From contig QCCO01000002.1 in NCBI GenBank assembly GCA_003278895.1, positions 107,205 to 171,204 of the forward strand: a stretch of 64,000 bases of DNA, in the 5' to 3' direction. Made by a program: the position numbers and the translations under genes. This document shows, piece after piece, positions 30,084 to 41,463 of the stretch. Under the pieces are notes generated by a model. That model saw only the letters and a list, made by a program, of their open reading frames with translations. It was not told the DNA's origin and made no database searches. Source of the stretch: Prochlorococcus sp. AG-347-L19 (GTDB lineage Bacteria; Cyanobacteriota; Cyanobacteriia; PCC-6307; Cyanobiaceae). How positions within the stretch are numbered: position 1 is the first letter of the stretch; each line of letters opens with the position of its first letter.

Positions 30084-32848
30084 TTCAAAAGTTCGAGTTT
30101 TTTAGTAATTCTCTCCATTTGTACCGAACCCTCATTTAATTTAAATCTACATTCATCAACAATATCTTTTGGAGCCTTATCCACGAAATTTTTGTTAGAT
30201 AATCTCTTATTTAAATTATCTAACTCAATAGTCACCTTTTTTAAATCCTTGGTTAATCTTTCCTTTAATGCATCCATATTTACAAAATCCTGAAAAGGTA
30301 AGTAAACCTCTAGATCACTAATTATCCCAGAAAAAGATTTAGCAAACTCTTTTTTATCAACAGCATTAGTTTTAAAAATAAATACTTCAGAAGATTTAGT
30401 TAAGGTTTGAATATCATCAACTAAAATTTTTAGAAAATCAATCAATTCATCATTATCTGAAATCAAGTAAACAGGAACTTTTTCTGATGGCTTGAGGCCT
30501 AATTCAGCTCTCAAATTTCTAATCAATCTAATAATTTCAAAGAGTTGTTGAAAGGAATTATCAAGCTTATTATCAACAAATTTATTTTCTTGGGTTGGCC
30601 ATTTTTGAAGAGATAATAATTCTTTATCTGATTTAAGTTGAAGTACATGCCAAAGTTCTTCAGTGATGTGCGGCATAAAAGGATGAATCATCACCAAAAT
30701 ATCATTGAGGACTTTTATTAAAACTTTTTCAGATATTTGTCTATTATTAGTCTCTTTATTATTAAACTTATTATTAAACCTTTGTTTGGCAAATTCTACA
30801 TACCAGTCACAAAAATCATTCCACGTAAATTCATATAGAAGTTTCGCAGATTCTCCCAATTTATATTCTTTCAACAAAGCAGCGACTTTTATATTTACTT
30901 GATTCAATTTCGATAAAATCCACTTATCACATAACTCTAAAGAACTTTCATCACTCTCATTTAGCGAATAATTATTATTAGAAGTTTTATTAATTAACAC
31001 AAATTTAGTTGCATTCCATAATTTATTCGCAAAATTTCTTGAAGCTTCAACAGTTGAAGACGTATCTTTTTTCCTATCAAAATCAAGCCGGATATCTTGT
31101 CCAGCGCCTGCAACTTCTCGAATTAAAGCAAATCGTAGAGCATCAGAACCATATTTATCAATTAATAGTATTGGATCTATACCATTACCTGAACTTTTAC
31201 TCATTTTTTTATTATTTTCATCTCGAACTAGACCATGAATATAAACATCCTTAAAAGGAATATTATTTGTAAAAGTATTCCCCATCATTGTCATTCTTGC
31301 CACCCAGAAGAAAATAATATCGAAACCAGTAACAAGAACATTATTTGGATACCATTTTTTAAAATCCGGATCATTTGTATTTGGCCAACCAAGGGTTGAG
31401 AAAGGCCATAAGCCACTTGAAAACCATGTATCCAAAACATCCTTATCACGAACCAATTTAATATTTAATCCAAATTTTTTATTAGCTTCGATTAAGGCAT
31501 CTTGTTCATTTCTTGCAACGATATATGGAGTATTTTGTTCTATTGAGTCTTGATTTTCATCTAAAACATACCATGCTGGTATTTGGTGTCCCCACCACAA
31601 TTGACGACTAATACACCAATCATTAATATTCTCCAACCAATCCTTATAAACTTTCTCCCAGCGTGGAGGAATAAACGATGGTTTTTTAGAACCAATTTCA
31701 TTAAGACATCCTTGTGATATATCATCCATTTTCAAAAACCATTGTGTTGACAATAAAGGTTCAATTGGAACCTTACCTCTATCAGAAAAAGGAACAGTAT
31801 GTTTATAATCCTCTATCTTTGTCAAAAGGCCTAAATTATCCAATTCTTTGATAATTTTCTTTCTAGCCTCATATCTATCTAAATTTTGAAAAATACCTGC
31901 ATTAATATTTAAAGTTCCATCTTTGTTCATTACATTAATCTGTTTTAAATTATGCCTTTTTCCTATTGCAAAATCATTTGGATCATGGGCTGGAGTAACC
32001 TTTACACAACCTGTACCAAAATCTTTATCAACATGTGAATCAGCGATAATAGGTATTTCTCTATCAACGAAAGGGACTTTTACTTTGACACCAATAAATT
32101 CTTTATATCTATCATCATCAGGATTAACTGCCACAGCAGTATCACCCAATAGAGTTTCTGGTCTTGTTGTTGCAACTTCTAAGTACTTATCTAACTGTTC
32201 ACCACTTTCAGAAATTAAAGGGTATTTAAAATGCCATAAATGACCATTTACTTCTTGCATTTCAACTTCAAGATCACTTACGGCAGATTGAGATTCAGGA
32301 CACCAATTAACCAAATATTCGCCTCTATAAATTAAATTCTTTTTATAGAGAATATTAAAAGCCTCAATAACTGCTTCATTTAATTTTTGATCAAGAGTAA
32401 ATCTTTCTCTAGTCCAGTCAACTGAATATCCTATCCTTCTTAATTGAGAAACTATTCTTCCACCACTTTGTTCTTTCCAATTCCATGCTCTTTTAAGAAA
32501 TTCATCTCTTCCAATATCCTCGCTTGTTTTGCCTTCACTTTTTAATTGTTTTTCAAGAATAGTTTGAACAGCTATTGAAGCATGATCAGTTCCTGGTAAG
32601 CACAAAACATTCTTACCTAAAAGTCTTTGAAAACGTACTACAACATCTATCAAAGCCGTATTAAATGCATGCCCCATATGCAAAGAGCCAGTTACATTTG
32701 GTGGCGGAATAACAACACAAAAAGGCTCCCCATCATCCTCAGGATTAGGACTAAACGCCTTTAGACTTTCCCATTTTTCTTGCCACTTTTTCTCTACTTC
32801 AAAAGGTGAATAATTCTCTAAAGATAATTGATCATTCATCTCTGTCAT
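30080..32848 (-). CDS. valS: valyl-tRNA synthetase (ATG 32848 preferred over TTG 32854)
   Basis: PPPNVTGSLHMGH, ATTRPET, WCISRQLWWGH, KMSKS, C-terminal coiled coil. Confidence 0.98.
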   Translation of the reverse strand: MTEMNDQLSLENYSPFEVEKKWQEKWESLKAFSPNPEDDGEPFCVVIPPPNVTGSLHMGHAFNTALIDVVVRFQRLLGKNVLCLPGTDHASIAVQTILEKQLKSEGKTSEDIGRDEFLKRAWNWKEQSGGRIVSQLRRIGYSVDWTRERFTLDQKLNEAVIEAFNILYKKNLIYRGEYLVNWCPESQSAVSDLEVEMQEVNGHLWHFKYPLISESGEQLDKYLEVATTRPETLLGDTAVAVNPDDDRYKEFIGVKVKVPFVDREIPIIADSHVDKDFGTGCVKVTPAHDPNDFAIGKRHNLKQINVMNKDGTLNINAGIFQNLDRYEARKKIIKELDNLGLLTKIEDYKHTVPFSDRGKVPIEPLLSTQWFLKMDDISQGCLNEIGSKKPSFIPPRWEKVYKDWLENINDWCISRQLWWGHQIPAWYVLDENQDSIEQNTPYIVARNEQDALIEANKKFGLNIKLVRDKDVLDTWFSSGLWPFSTLGWPNTNDPDFKKWYPNNVLVTGFDIIFFWVARMTMMGNTFTNNIPFKDVYIHGLVRDENNKKMSKSSGNGIDPILLIDKYGSDALRFALIREVAGAGQDIRLDFDRKKDTSSTVEASRNFANKLWNATKFVLINKTSNNNYSLNESDESSLELCDKWILSKLNQVNIKVAALLKEYKLGESAKLLYEFTWNDFCDWYVEFAKQRFNNKFNNKETNNRQISEKVLIKVLNDILVMIHPFMPHITEELWHVLQLKSDKELLSLQKWPTQENKFVDNKLDNSFQQLFEIIRLIRNLRAELGLKPSEKVPVYLISDNDELIDFLKILVDDIQTLTKSSEVFIFKTNAVDKKEFAKSFSGIISDLEVYLPFQDFVNMDALKERLTKDLKKVTIELDNLNKRLSNKNFVDKAPKDIVDECRFKLNEGSVQMERITKKLELLN
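30756..30779. repeat. perfect 12-bp tandem duplication inside valS (FNNK-FNNK)
   Basis: ttattattaaac ttattattaaac. Confidence 0.9.
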
Positions 32849-32945
32849 GTCCAAATTTTATTTCAATAAACTTTTTGTTTATTTTATCTTGAGAGCAGCC
32901 AATTAATGAAAATAATATTAGTTTGCAAAAAAATAAACATACATT

Positions 32946-33287
32946 CTACAAAAGTTTGAAGCCAGAACCGCAAGAACAACGTTTTGCATTTTTTGGTGTT
33001 GAAATAAGAAATCCACCACCGCTCAAATCACCGTAATAATCTAATTTTAAATCTTTAAGTAAATTAAACTTTTTTACATCCGCGTATAAAGTTACTCCTT
33101 CAGTTCTTGAAATAGGGGATCCATTACATGTACCCGGCCTTAATTTAATATGCATCCATCCTTCGGAACAATTTTTATCCTCTACCAAATCAATCGACAT
33201 TTCTCCTGGAGAACCTCCAAAAGAAGCTTGCCTAGATAGTTCTGAAGCAGCGCTTTGACTGATTAAAAGATTGACGATCTCAGTCAT
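32946..33287 (-). CDS. HesB/IscA-like A-type Fe-S carrier family protein (start moved to ATG 33287)
   Basis: ISQSAA, RPGTCNG, LDYYGDLSGGGF, PKNAKRCSCGSGF; the longer track ORF overlaps the tRNA. Confidence 0.75.
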   Translation of the reverse strand: MTEIVNLLISQSAASELSRQASFGGSPGEMSIDLVEDKNCSEGWMHIKLRPGTCNGSPISRTEGVTLYADVKKFNLLKDLKLDYYGDLSGGGFLISTPKNAKRCSCGSGFKLL

Positions 33288-33302
33288 TAGAAAAATAATA
33301 AA

Positions 33303-33374
<72 letters not shown>

Positions 33375-33472
33375 TTATAATAAATCATTCTAATAGATGA
33401 AGTTGAAATATTTATACTAAGTATTTAAATATTTCATGATTGAGGCAAAATTAAATTAATAAAATATATCCT

Positions 33473-34318
33473 ATGTCCTCAAACGATAGATATAACTTAC
33501 AAAAAAATTCCGAATTAAAGACTTTAGAAAACTTTAAAATTTTAATATCTAATATCAAATCATTAAAAGATAAAACTTGGGGATGCCCTTGGCAGAAAAT
33601 ACAGTCTCATAAATCGTTGATCCCATTTTTACATGAAGAAAGTAATGAATTTATAGATGCGATATATGAAAAAAAGGCAGATAAAATATGTGAAGAGTTA
33701 GGAGATCTTTTATTACAAGTAATGCTTCATGCTGAAATCGGTTACGAAAAAAAAGAATTTGAACTAAATGATGTTATAAAAAATCTAAACAAGAAAATTA
33801 TTAATAGACATCCATATATTTTTAAAAAAAAAGAAAAAGTATCTCTAGAAAAATCGCAACAAATTTGGGAAAACATTAAAAATTCAGAAAAAAAAATACC
33901 TCATATTGAATCATCAATAAGTAAAAATTTAAATATGAAAATCAAAAATTTACCACCTATGGTTGGAACAGATAAAATCACAAATGTTGTTAAAGAATAT
34001 GGTTTTAAATGGGAGAGTACCGATCAGATTTTTGAAAAGTTAGAAGAAGAGATTAATGAATTAAAGGAAGCAATTAAAAGCAATAATGATTCAGAAATAA
34101 AAAATGAATTTGGGGATATTTACTTTACCCTTCTGAATCTCTCAAACTTTTTAAAAATAAATCCTGAATCAGCTCTACAAAAAACTAATAAAAAATTTTT
34201 AGACAGATTTTCAATCATTGAACATCATGCAGGCGATAATATAAAAAAACAAACTCCTAAAGACTTTCAACGGCTTTGGCAAATAGCCAAGCGAAAACTT
34301 AAAAGAAAAAATTCTTAA
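33473..34318 (+). CDS. mazG: nucleoside triphosphate pyrophosphohydrolase
   Basis: GCPW, EELGDLLLQV, RHPYIF, second domain KLEEEINEL...EFGDIYF, KFLDRF. Confidence 0.93.
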   Translation: MSSNDRYNLQKNSELKTLENFKILISNIKSLKDKTWGCPWQKIQSHKSLIPFLHEESNEFIDAIYEKKADKICEELGDLLLQVMLHAEIGYEKKEFELNDVIKNLNKKIINRHPYIFKKKEKVSLEKSQQIWENIKNSEKKIPHIESSISKNLNMKIKNLPPMVGTDKITNVVKEYGFKWESTDQIFEKLEEEINELKEAIKSNNDSEIKNEFGDIYFTLLNLSNFLKINPESALQKTNKKFLDRFSIIEHHAGDNIKKQTPKDFQRLWQIAKRKLKRKNS

Positions 34319-34325
34319 AAAGCAA

Positions 34326-35174
34326 ATGACTAATCTTTCAACATGGATAGATGAATATCATGAAGGCTCAAGATTCGGTCTGAATGGAGATGTTTTAATT
34401 AAACAAAAATCACAATATCAAGAAATTATTGTTATCGAAAATGAATACTATGGAAGAGCTTTAATGCTTGATGGTTGTTGGATGACATCACTTAAAGACG
34501 AGAAATATTATCATGAGTGTCTTGTGCACCCAGCATTAAGTAGCATTGACGAAAAATCTAATGTACTAATTATTGGTGGAGGAGACGGCGGTACAGCAAG
34601 AGAATGCGTTAAATATTCTCAAATATCGAAAATTGATCTAGTAGAAATTGACGAGGAGGTAATCAAAATATCTAAAAAATTTTTAAAAGAAATTGGAGGC
34701 GAAGCATGGAATGATAAAAGATTAGAAATACATGTTGATGATGGTGTTAAATGGGTAAAAAAAACAAGAGATAATTTTTACGACGTTATTTTTATAGATT
34801 GTTCAGATCCCTCAGAATTCTCAAATTTATTATTTTCAGATTCTTTTTATAAAGAATGTAAAAGAATACTTACACCAAAGGGGATATTAGCAACGCAAAG
34901 TGAATCTCCTGAATCCTTCAAAAATATTCACATAAATATTTTGAAAACCCTAAAAAATATATTTAAAGTTTCTAAAACTATGTATTCCTTTGTGCCTATA
35001 TATCCAAGCGGGATTTGGAGTTGGACATTCGCTTCTTCAGAAGATCTAAATTTATCAAAGCAAAATTGTGATGAAGTCCTAAAAATAGAAAAAGGATGTG
35101 AAATTTGGAATTTAAATTTTCAAAATGCAGCATTCAAAATGATGCCAAATAAAATTGTAAAAGAACTAGATTAA
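34326..35174 (+). CDS. speE: polyamine aminopropyltransferase (spermidine synthase)
   Basis: ALMLDG, DEKYYHE, VLIIGGGDGG, VEID, DCSDP. Confidence 0.95.
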   Translation: MTNLSTWIDEYHEGSRFGLNGDVLIKQKSQYQEIIVIENEYYGRALMLDGCWMTSLKDEKYYHECLVHPALSSIDEKSNVLIIGGGDGGTARECVKYSQISKIDLVEIDEEVIKISKKFLKEIGGEAWNDKRLEIHVDDGVKWVKKTRDNFYDVIFIDCSDPSEFSNLLFSDSFYKECKRILTPKGILATQSESPESFKNIHINILKTLKNIFKVSKTMYSFVPIYPSGIWSWTFASSEDLNLSKQNCDEVLKIEKGCEIWNLNFQNAAFKMMPNKIVKELD

Positions 35175-35178
35175 TAAA

Positions 35179-36060
35179 ATGACAAAAAATTTATTTGATA
35201 ACGAAAATGCGATTTATATGGGAGCAAAAAGAAGTCCCGAGAATTGCTCAATTGGTATATTTGGAGTTAATTATGATGGGACATGTTCTTTTAAACCAGG
35301 AGCAAGATTTGGTCCAGAAGCAATAAGACAAGTCAGTTCTTGTTTAGAAACATATTGTCCAAAAATAAAAAAAGACTTAGAGGATATTATTTATGTTGAT
35401 TTTGGATCAATACTAATTGATAAAAATGACTCAAAGTCCGTTATTGAATCGGTTAAATCAGCAACAAATTATTTAATTAATAAACGTCTTAGTCCTATTA
35501 TGCTTGGAGGCGAACACTCTATTACAAGAGGTGCTATTGAAGCATTAGTAAAAAAATATCCAAATTTGATATTGGTTCAACTTGATGCTCATGCAGATTT
35601 AAGAGAATCATATATAGGAAATGAACATAGTCATGCTTGTACTATGAAAAGATGCTTAGAAGTGCTACCAGAAAAGAAAATTTTACAAGTAGGAATTAGA
35701 AGTGGGACTAAGGAAGAATTTGAAATTATGCATAACAACAACCAATTAGTTAACTTTTGTCCAGGCGAAAATGCACATGAGTTAAGACAAGCTCTTCTAC
35801 CGTTCGCTAAGTCTCCAATCTATTTAACAATAGATTTAGATTGGTTTGATCCCAGTTTATTAGCAGGGACTGGCACTCCAGAACCGGGAGGATTTTTTTG
35901 GAATGATTTTGAAGAAATACTGAAAACTTTAAAAGACTTTAGAATTGTGGCTTCAGACATTGTGGAATTATCTCCAGAAATTGATAAAAGCGGAGTAAGT
36001 AGCATAGTTGCAGCCAAAGTACTTAGAAGCTTAATTTTGTCATTAGAAAATATGCAATAA
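35179..36060 (+). CDS. speB: agmatinase
   Basis: GARFGP, GGEHS, DAHADL, SHAC, DLDWFDP, GTPEPGG. Confidence 0.92.
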   Translation: MTKNLFDNENAIYMGAKRSPENCSIGIFGVNYDGTCSFKPGARFGPEAIRQVSSCLETYCPKIKKDLEDIIYVDFGSILIDKNDSKSVIESVKSATNYLINKRLSPIMLGGEHSITRGAIEALVKKYPNLILVQLDAHADLRESYIGNEHSHACTMKRCLEVLPEKKILQVGIRSGTKEEFEIMHNNNQLVNFCPGENAHELRQALLPFAKSPIYLTIDLDWFDPSLLAGTGTPEPGGFFWNDFEEILKTLKDFRIVASDIVELSPEIDKSGVSSIVAAKVLRSLILSLENMQ

Positions 36061-36110
36061 AAAATTTCTAAACTACAGTGTAAAAATACTAAATACAAAC
36101 TAAATATTTC

Positions 36111-37223
36111 ATGGATTTGCTAAAAAGTCCTCTTTATTCAAAATATGTTGAAGCCAATGCAAAATTAGTGGATTTTGCAGGTTGGGAAATGCCCATATCA
36201 TTTTCAGGATTAATTAAAGAGCATGAATCAGTTAGATCATCAGCAGGATTATTTGATATTTCTCACATGGGGGTGATTTCTATCAAGGGAATCAATCCAA
36301 AGGATTATATTCAAAAACTTTTTCCTACTAATTTATATTCCTTTTCTGAAGGTCAAGGGCTTTATACAGTAATGCTCAATGATAAAGGAGGAATAATAGA
36401 TGACTTAATAATTTATGACCTTGGCATACAAGAAAATGACATATCAGAATTATTATTAATAGTTAATGCAAGTAGATATGAAGAAGATTTTCAGTGGATA
36501 AAAAATAATTTAAATAAATATGAAATTTCGATAACAAACTTTAAAAAAGACAAAGTACTTTTAGCACTACAGGGAAAAAACTCATTCGATTTATTTGAAG
36601 AATGGATTGAATCTTCGATCTCACATATCCCTAACTTTGGATGCGAATATAAAATTTTTGAACATATTTCGCCTAAAGAAAAAATTTTCTTTTCAAAGAC
36701 AGGATATACAGGGGAAAATGGTCTAGAAATACTTTTATCTAAAAAAGCAGCAATTAATTTATGGGATTTCTCAATTTCCAAAAATGTTGCACCTTGTGGT
36801 TTAGGAGCTAGAGATACTCTTAGACTTGAAGCAGGCATGCATCTTTATGGTCAAGACATAAATGAAGAAACTTCTCCATATGAAGCAGGGTTAGGCTGGT
36901 TAGTACATCTAGAAAATAATCACGAATTCTTTGGTAGGAGATTTCTTGAAGAACAGTCAAGATTAGGTATTCAAAAAAAGTTAGTTGGTCTCTCTATAGA
37001 GGGTAAAGCAATAGGAAGAAAAGGTTGCTCAGTTCTTAAAGGTGAAGAAAATATTGGGAGTATAACAAGCGGCAGTTGGTCTCCAACTAAACAACAAGCT
37101 ATAGCTTTTGCATACATCAATACTTCGCATGCCTTAATAAATAATGAAGTTCAAATATTAATAAGAGGCAAAAAATTCAAAGGGGTTATAACAAAAAGAG
37201 CGTTTTATAAAAAAAATTATTAA
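36111..37223 (+). CDS. gcvT: glycine cleavage aminomethyltransferase T
   Basis: [35 protein letters not shown]. Confidence 0.96.
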   Translation: MDLLKSPLYSKYVEANAKLVDFAGWEMPISFSGLIKEHESVRSSAGLFDISHMGVISIKGINPKDYIQKLFPTNLYSFSEGQGLYTVMLNDKGGIIDDLIIYDLGIQENDISELLLIVNASRYEEDFQWIKNNLNKYEISITNFKKDKVLLALQGKNSFDLFEEWIESSISHIPNFGCEYKIFEHISPKEKIFFSKTGYTGENGLEILLSKKAAINLWDFSISKNVAPCGLGARDTLRLEAGMHLYGQDINEETSPYEAGLGWLVHLENNHEFFGRRFLEEQSRLGIQKKLVGLSIEGKAIGRKGCSVLKGEENIGSITSGSWSPTKQQAIAFAYINTSHALINNEVQILIRGKKFKGVITKRAFYKKNY

Positions 37224-37278
37224 CTAAATTTACCCTTAAAGAATTATTATAAGTTATTGATAAATAAATCATACTTAG

Positions 37279-39075
37279 ATGAGAAACAAAATTTGCGAAG
37301 AACTAAATAATACAGATATTGGTAAATTAGTTAATTTATGCGGATGGGTAGATAGAAGAAGAGATCATGGTGGTGTAATTTTTATTGATTTAAGAGACCA
37401 TAGTGGATTCCTACAAATAACAATTAACCCCGATGATGGTGCAGATCTATTTAAACAGGCAGAAACTCTAAGAAATGAAACAGTAATAATGGTTAGCGGA
37501 ATTATTAACGAAAGGCCAAAAGATTCAATAAATAAAAATTTAAGTACTGGAGAGTTAGAGCTTAAAGTTAAAGATTTGCAAATTCTCAACCAAATTAAAA
37601 AAAACCTACCTTTTCCAGTATCTATACATGATTATGAAAATACAAAAGAGGAACTCAGATTAAAATATAGATACCTTGATTTAAGAAGAGGTAAATTACT
37701 AGAAAATTTAAAAACAAGACATAAAATTATTAAAATTGCTAGAGAATTTCTTGATAATTTTGGATTTACAGAAGTAGAGACTCCATTACTTACAAAATCA
37801 ACTCCAGAAGGCGCTCGCGATTTTCTTGTTCCTGCTCGTCTTTCGAATGGAGAATTTTTTGCTCTACCTCAATCCCCACAACTATTTAAACAACTTTTAA
37901 TGGTGGGAGGCTTAGATAAGTATTATCAAATCGCAAAATGTTTCCGTGATGAAGACTTAAGGGCAGATAGACAGCCAGAGTTTACGCAATTAGATATTGA
38001 AATGAGCTTTATTAGTGAAGAAGAAATAATCTCTTTTAATGAAAGTCTTATAAAAAAAATATGGAAAGAAGTATTAAATATTGATTTTGATAATGCTTTT
38101 CCAAGAATGTCATGGCAAGCAGCAATGGATAATTACGGCACTGATAGACCAGATACAAGATATCAAATGTTATTAAAAGATTTAGGAGAAGTATTGGGTG
38201 ATATTGGCTTTAATATTTTCACCAAGGCAATTAAATCTGGAGGTTCTATAAAATCCATAACAGTCAAAGGAGGTAATTTAAGTATTAGCAACGTAAGAAT
38301 TAAACCCGGAGGTGATATCTTCCAAGTAGCTCAAGATGCAGGGGCGGGTGGTTTGGCCTTTATAAGAGTCAAAGGAGATGAGCTTGAGACTATCGGGGCA
38401 ATTAAAAATAATCTAAATGAAGAGCATATAGCTGATATTTTGAGAATCACCGAAGCGCAAGATGGAGACTTAATTCTCTTGGGTGCTGGAGATAAACAAA
38501 TTGTCAACCAGTCATTAGATAGAGTAAGACAATACATCGCAAAAGACTTAAATCTCATAGATAAAAGTAAATGGAATTTCTTATGGGTAACTGATTTCCC
38601 GATGTTTGAGAGAAATGAAGAGGAAAATAGATATGAAGCTTTACATCATCCTTTTTGTTCTCCAAAAAATATAAAATCTAAAGATCCTGAAAACTTGCAA
38701 AAAGAAATCGAGGACTCTATAGCAAATGCTTATGACTTAGTTCTTAATGGCTTGGAATTAGGAGGTGGCTCTTTACGTATTCATGAAGCAAACTTGCAAA
38801 GAGAGGTTTTGAAAACGGTAGGACTTACTGCTAAAGAGATTAATGAAAAATTTGGATTTTTAATTGAAGCCTTAGAAATGGGTGCTCCTCCTCATGGTGG
38901 AATAGCGTTTGGATTAGATCGTATTACCATGCTGATCATAGGTGCAGATTCAATTAGAGAAACAATTGCGTTTCCAAAAAATCAACAAGCAAAATGTCTT
39001 CTCACAAATGCGCCTTCAAATGTCTCAAAATCGCAATTAAAAGAATTAGATATTGAAATAACAATTGATGAATAA
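37279..39075 (+). CDS. aspS: aspartyl-tRNA synthetase
   Basis: [43 protein letters not shown]. Confidence 0.98.
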   Translation: MRNKICEELNNTDIGKLVNLCGWVDRRRDHGGVIFIDLRDHSGFLQITINPDDGADLFKQAETLRNETVIMVSGIINERPKDSINKNLSTGELELKVKDLQILNQIKKNLPFPVSIHDYENTKEELRLKYRYLDLRRGKLLENLKTRHKIIKIAREFLDNFGFTEVETPLLTKSTPEGARDFLVPARLSNGEFFALPQSPQLFKQLLMVGGLDKYYQIAKCFRDEDLRADRQPEFTQLDIEMSFISEEEIISFNESLIKKIWKEVLNIDFDNAFPRMSWQAAMDNYGTDRPDTRYQMLLKDLGEVLGDIGFNIFTKAIKSGGSIKSITVKGGNLSISNVRIKPGGDIFQVAQDAGAGGLAFIRVKGDELETIGAIKNNLNEEHIADILRITEAQDGDLILLGAGDKQIVNQSLDRVRQYIAKDLNLIDKSKWNFLWVTDFPMFERNEEENRYEALHHPFCSPKNIKSKDPENLQKEIEDSIANAYDLVLNGLELGGGSLRIHEANLQREVLKTVGLTAKEINEKFGFLIEALEMGAPPHGGIAFGLDRITMLIIGADSIRETIAFPKNQQAKCLLTNAPSNVSKSQLKELDIEITIDE

Positions 39076-39150
39076 GAATATATATGGATGTTCTAAAAGT
39101 TTTTTGTTTAAATAAAATATAAGGAGGCAGTGCTTAATTAAAAATATTTA

Positions 39151-40761
39151 ATGTCAAAATTTGTTTTTGTCACCGGAGGAGTAGTTTCTAGCATTGGTAA
39201 AGGAATTGTAGCTGCAAGCCTAGGTAGATTATTAAAGTCTAGAGGATATACTGTTTCAATATTAAAACTAGATCCATATCTAAATGTTGATCCAGGCACA
39301 ATGAGCCCTTTTCAACATGGGGAAGTATTTGTAACCGAAGATGGAGCTGAAACCGATCTAGATTTAGGTCACTACGAAAGATTTACTGATACAGCAATGA
39401 CTAGGTTGAATAGTGTAACAACGGGATCTATTTATCAAGCAGTTATTAATAAAGAAAGAAGAGGTAATTATAACGGTGGAACTGTGCAAGTAATACCTCA
39501 CATAACGGGAGAAATTAGAGAAAGGATTCATAGAGTAGCCGCTAACAGTAATGCAGATATTATTATTACTGAAATTGGTGGAACAGTTGGTGATATTGAA
39601 TCTCTTCCTTTTTTAGAGGCAATAAGAGAATTCAAAAATGATGTCAATAGGAACGATGTTGCATACATACACGTAACATTACTTCCTTACATCAAAACCT
39701 CTGGCGAAATAAAAACTAAACCAACACAACATTCAGTGAAAGAATTAAGATCAATTGGAATTCAGCCAGATTTACTTGTATGCCGAAGTGATAAATCTAT
39801 CAATGAAGCCCTTAAAAAAAAGCTGAGTGGTTTTTGCGGTGTCAGTATCAACTCTGTAATTGAAGCTTTAGACGCAGACAGTATTTATTCTGTACCTCTT
39901 TCTTTAAAAAAAGAAGGTTTATGCAAAGAAACCCTGAAGTATTTAGACCTTGAAGATAAAAAATGTGATTTGAAAAATTGGGAACAACTAATACACAACC
40001 TAAGAAATCCTGGAGATCCAATAAAAGTTGCCCTTGTAGGCAAATATATTGAACTTGGAGATGCATATTTATCCGTTGTTGAAGCTTTAAGACATGCATG
40101 CATTGAACAAAAGGCTTTATTAGATTTACATTGGGTAAGTGCTGAAATGATAGAAAAAAATTCAGCAGAAACTTACTTAAATGAAGTTGATGCAATTGTC
40201 GTACCCGGGGGATTTGGCAATAGAGGAGTCAATGGAAAAATTTCGGCTATAAAATTCGCAAGAGAAAATAAAATTCCCTTTTTAGGTTTGTGCCTTGGTA
40301 TGCAATGTGCAGTTATAGAATGGGCTAGGAATGTAGCTAATCTTCCAGATGCATCTAGTGCAGAACTAGACCCAAACACTCCAAATCCAGTGATACATTT
40401 ATTACCAGAGCAGGAAGATGTAGTTGATTTAGGTGGGACAATGAGACTTGGAGTTTATCCATGTAGATTGACAAAAAATACAACTGGGAAAAACTTATAT
40501 GATGAGGATGTTATTTATGAGAGACATCGACATAGATACGAATTTAATAATTACTATAAACAAAGTTTTTTAGATTCTGGATACAAAATTAGTGGTACAT
40601 CACCAGATGGCAGATTAGTTGAGTTAATTGAGTTAGAAAATCATCCATACTTCTTAGCTTGTCAATATCATCCTGAGTTTTTATCGCGACCTGGTAAACC
40701 TCATCCTTTATTTAAAGGATTAATAAAAGCCTCTCAAGATAAGTTAACTCAATCAAATTAA
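39151..40761 (+). CDS. pyrG: CTP synthase
   Basis: [41 protein letters not shown]. Confidence 0.98.
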   Translation: MSKFVFVTGGVVSSIGKGIVAASLGRLLKSRGYTVSILKLDPYLNVDPGTMSPFQHGEVFVTEDGAETDLDLGHYERFTDTAMTRLNSVTTGSIYQAVINKERRGNYNGGTVQVIPHITGEIRERIHRVAANSNADIIITEIGGTVGDIESLPFLEAIREFKNDVNRNDVAYIHVTLLPYIKTSGEIKTKPTQHSVKELRSIGIQPDLLVCRSDKSINEALKKKLSGFCGVSINSVIEALDADSIYSVPLSLKKEGLCKETLKYLDLEDKKCDLKNWEQLIHNLRNPGDPIKVALVGKYIELGDAYLSVVEALRHACIEQKALLDLHWVSAEMIEKNSAETYLNEVDAIVVPGGFGNRGVNGKISAIKFARENKIPFLGLCLGMQCAVIEWARNVANLPDASSAELDPNTPNPVIHLLPEQEDVVDLGGTMRLGVYPCRLTKNTTGKNLYDEDVIYERHRHRYEFNNYYKQSFLDSGYKISGTSPDGRLVELIELENHPYFLACQYHPEFLSRPGKPHPLFKGLIKASQDKLTQSN

Positions 40762-40779
40762 TATTATTTATTTTTTTGA

Positions 40780-41457
40780 ATGAAAATGACAAATTTTTTA
40801 CCCTTAGTCGAACAATTTCATTCATTACAAGGTGAAGGTTATCACGCTGGAAAAAGTGCTTTTTTTGTACGATTAGCCGGATGTAAAGTTGGATGTTCGT
40901 GGTGCGATACCAAGAATTCATGGGACGAGAAAAAACATCCTTCTATATCAATTGAAAAAATAATAGATCGCATAAAAATTGCCAGAAAAAAAGGAGCATC
41001 TTTTTGCGTTATTACAGGTGGAGAACCTTTACAACATAACTTGGATAATTTTTGCAAAGCCATAAAACAAATGACGATGGGAAAAGAACAAAAGCCAATG
41101 AAGATTCATATTGAGACAAGCGGAGTTAATTCGATATCAGGAAGCTATGACTGGATTACTTTATCTCCTAAAAGACATTCACCTCCAAAAAATTATTTTT
41201 TAAAAAACTCTAATGAAATCAAAATTATCATAAATGAAATAGAAGATATTGAATTTGCTATTCAAATAAAAAAAGAAACTTTAAAACAATATCAACTCTC
41301 TAAAAGCGAAGATGGCTTAAAAAAAGAAGATAAAATTTTTTATTTACAGCCAGCATGGAACAATGCGAATGGTTTTTCTCTTGCTATCGATTTCGTAAAA
41401 AATAACCCTGATTGGAAATTGAGCCTTCAAACTCACAAATACTTAAAAATTAATTGA
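40780..41457 (+). CDS. queE: 7-carboxy-7-deazaguanine synthase (radical SAM)
   Basis: SLQGEG, CKVGCSWCDT (CxxxCxxC), TGGEP, SPK, LSLQTHK. Confidence 0.93.
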   Translation: MKMTNFLPLVEQFHSLQGEGYHAGKSAFFVRLAGCKVGCSWCDTKNSWDEKKHPSISIEKIIDRIKIARKKGASFCVITGGEPLQHNLDNFCKAIKQMTMGKEQKPMKIHIETSGVNSISGSYDWITLSPKRHSPPKNYFLKNSNEIKIIINEIEDIEFAIQIKKETLKQYQLSKSEDGLKKEDKIFYLQPAWNNANGFSLAIDFVKNNPDWKLSLQTHKYLKIN

Positions 41458-41463
41458 AATCAT

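Noticed and set aside
33473-34318. mazG as a toxin-antitoxin or anti-phage component
   Set aside because: It is the standard two-domain housekeeping MazG, with no mazEF or defence partners.
39121-39141. Perfect AAGGAGG followed by a GTG-CTT-AAT-TAA mini-ORF upstream of pyrG
   Set aside because: The SD-to-GTG spacing is only 2 nt and the SD is too far from the pyrG ATG; there is no support for a leader peptide.
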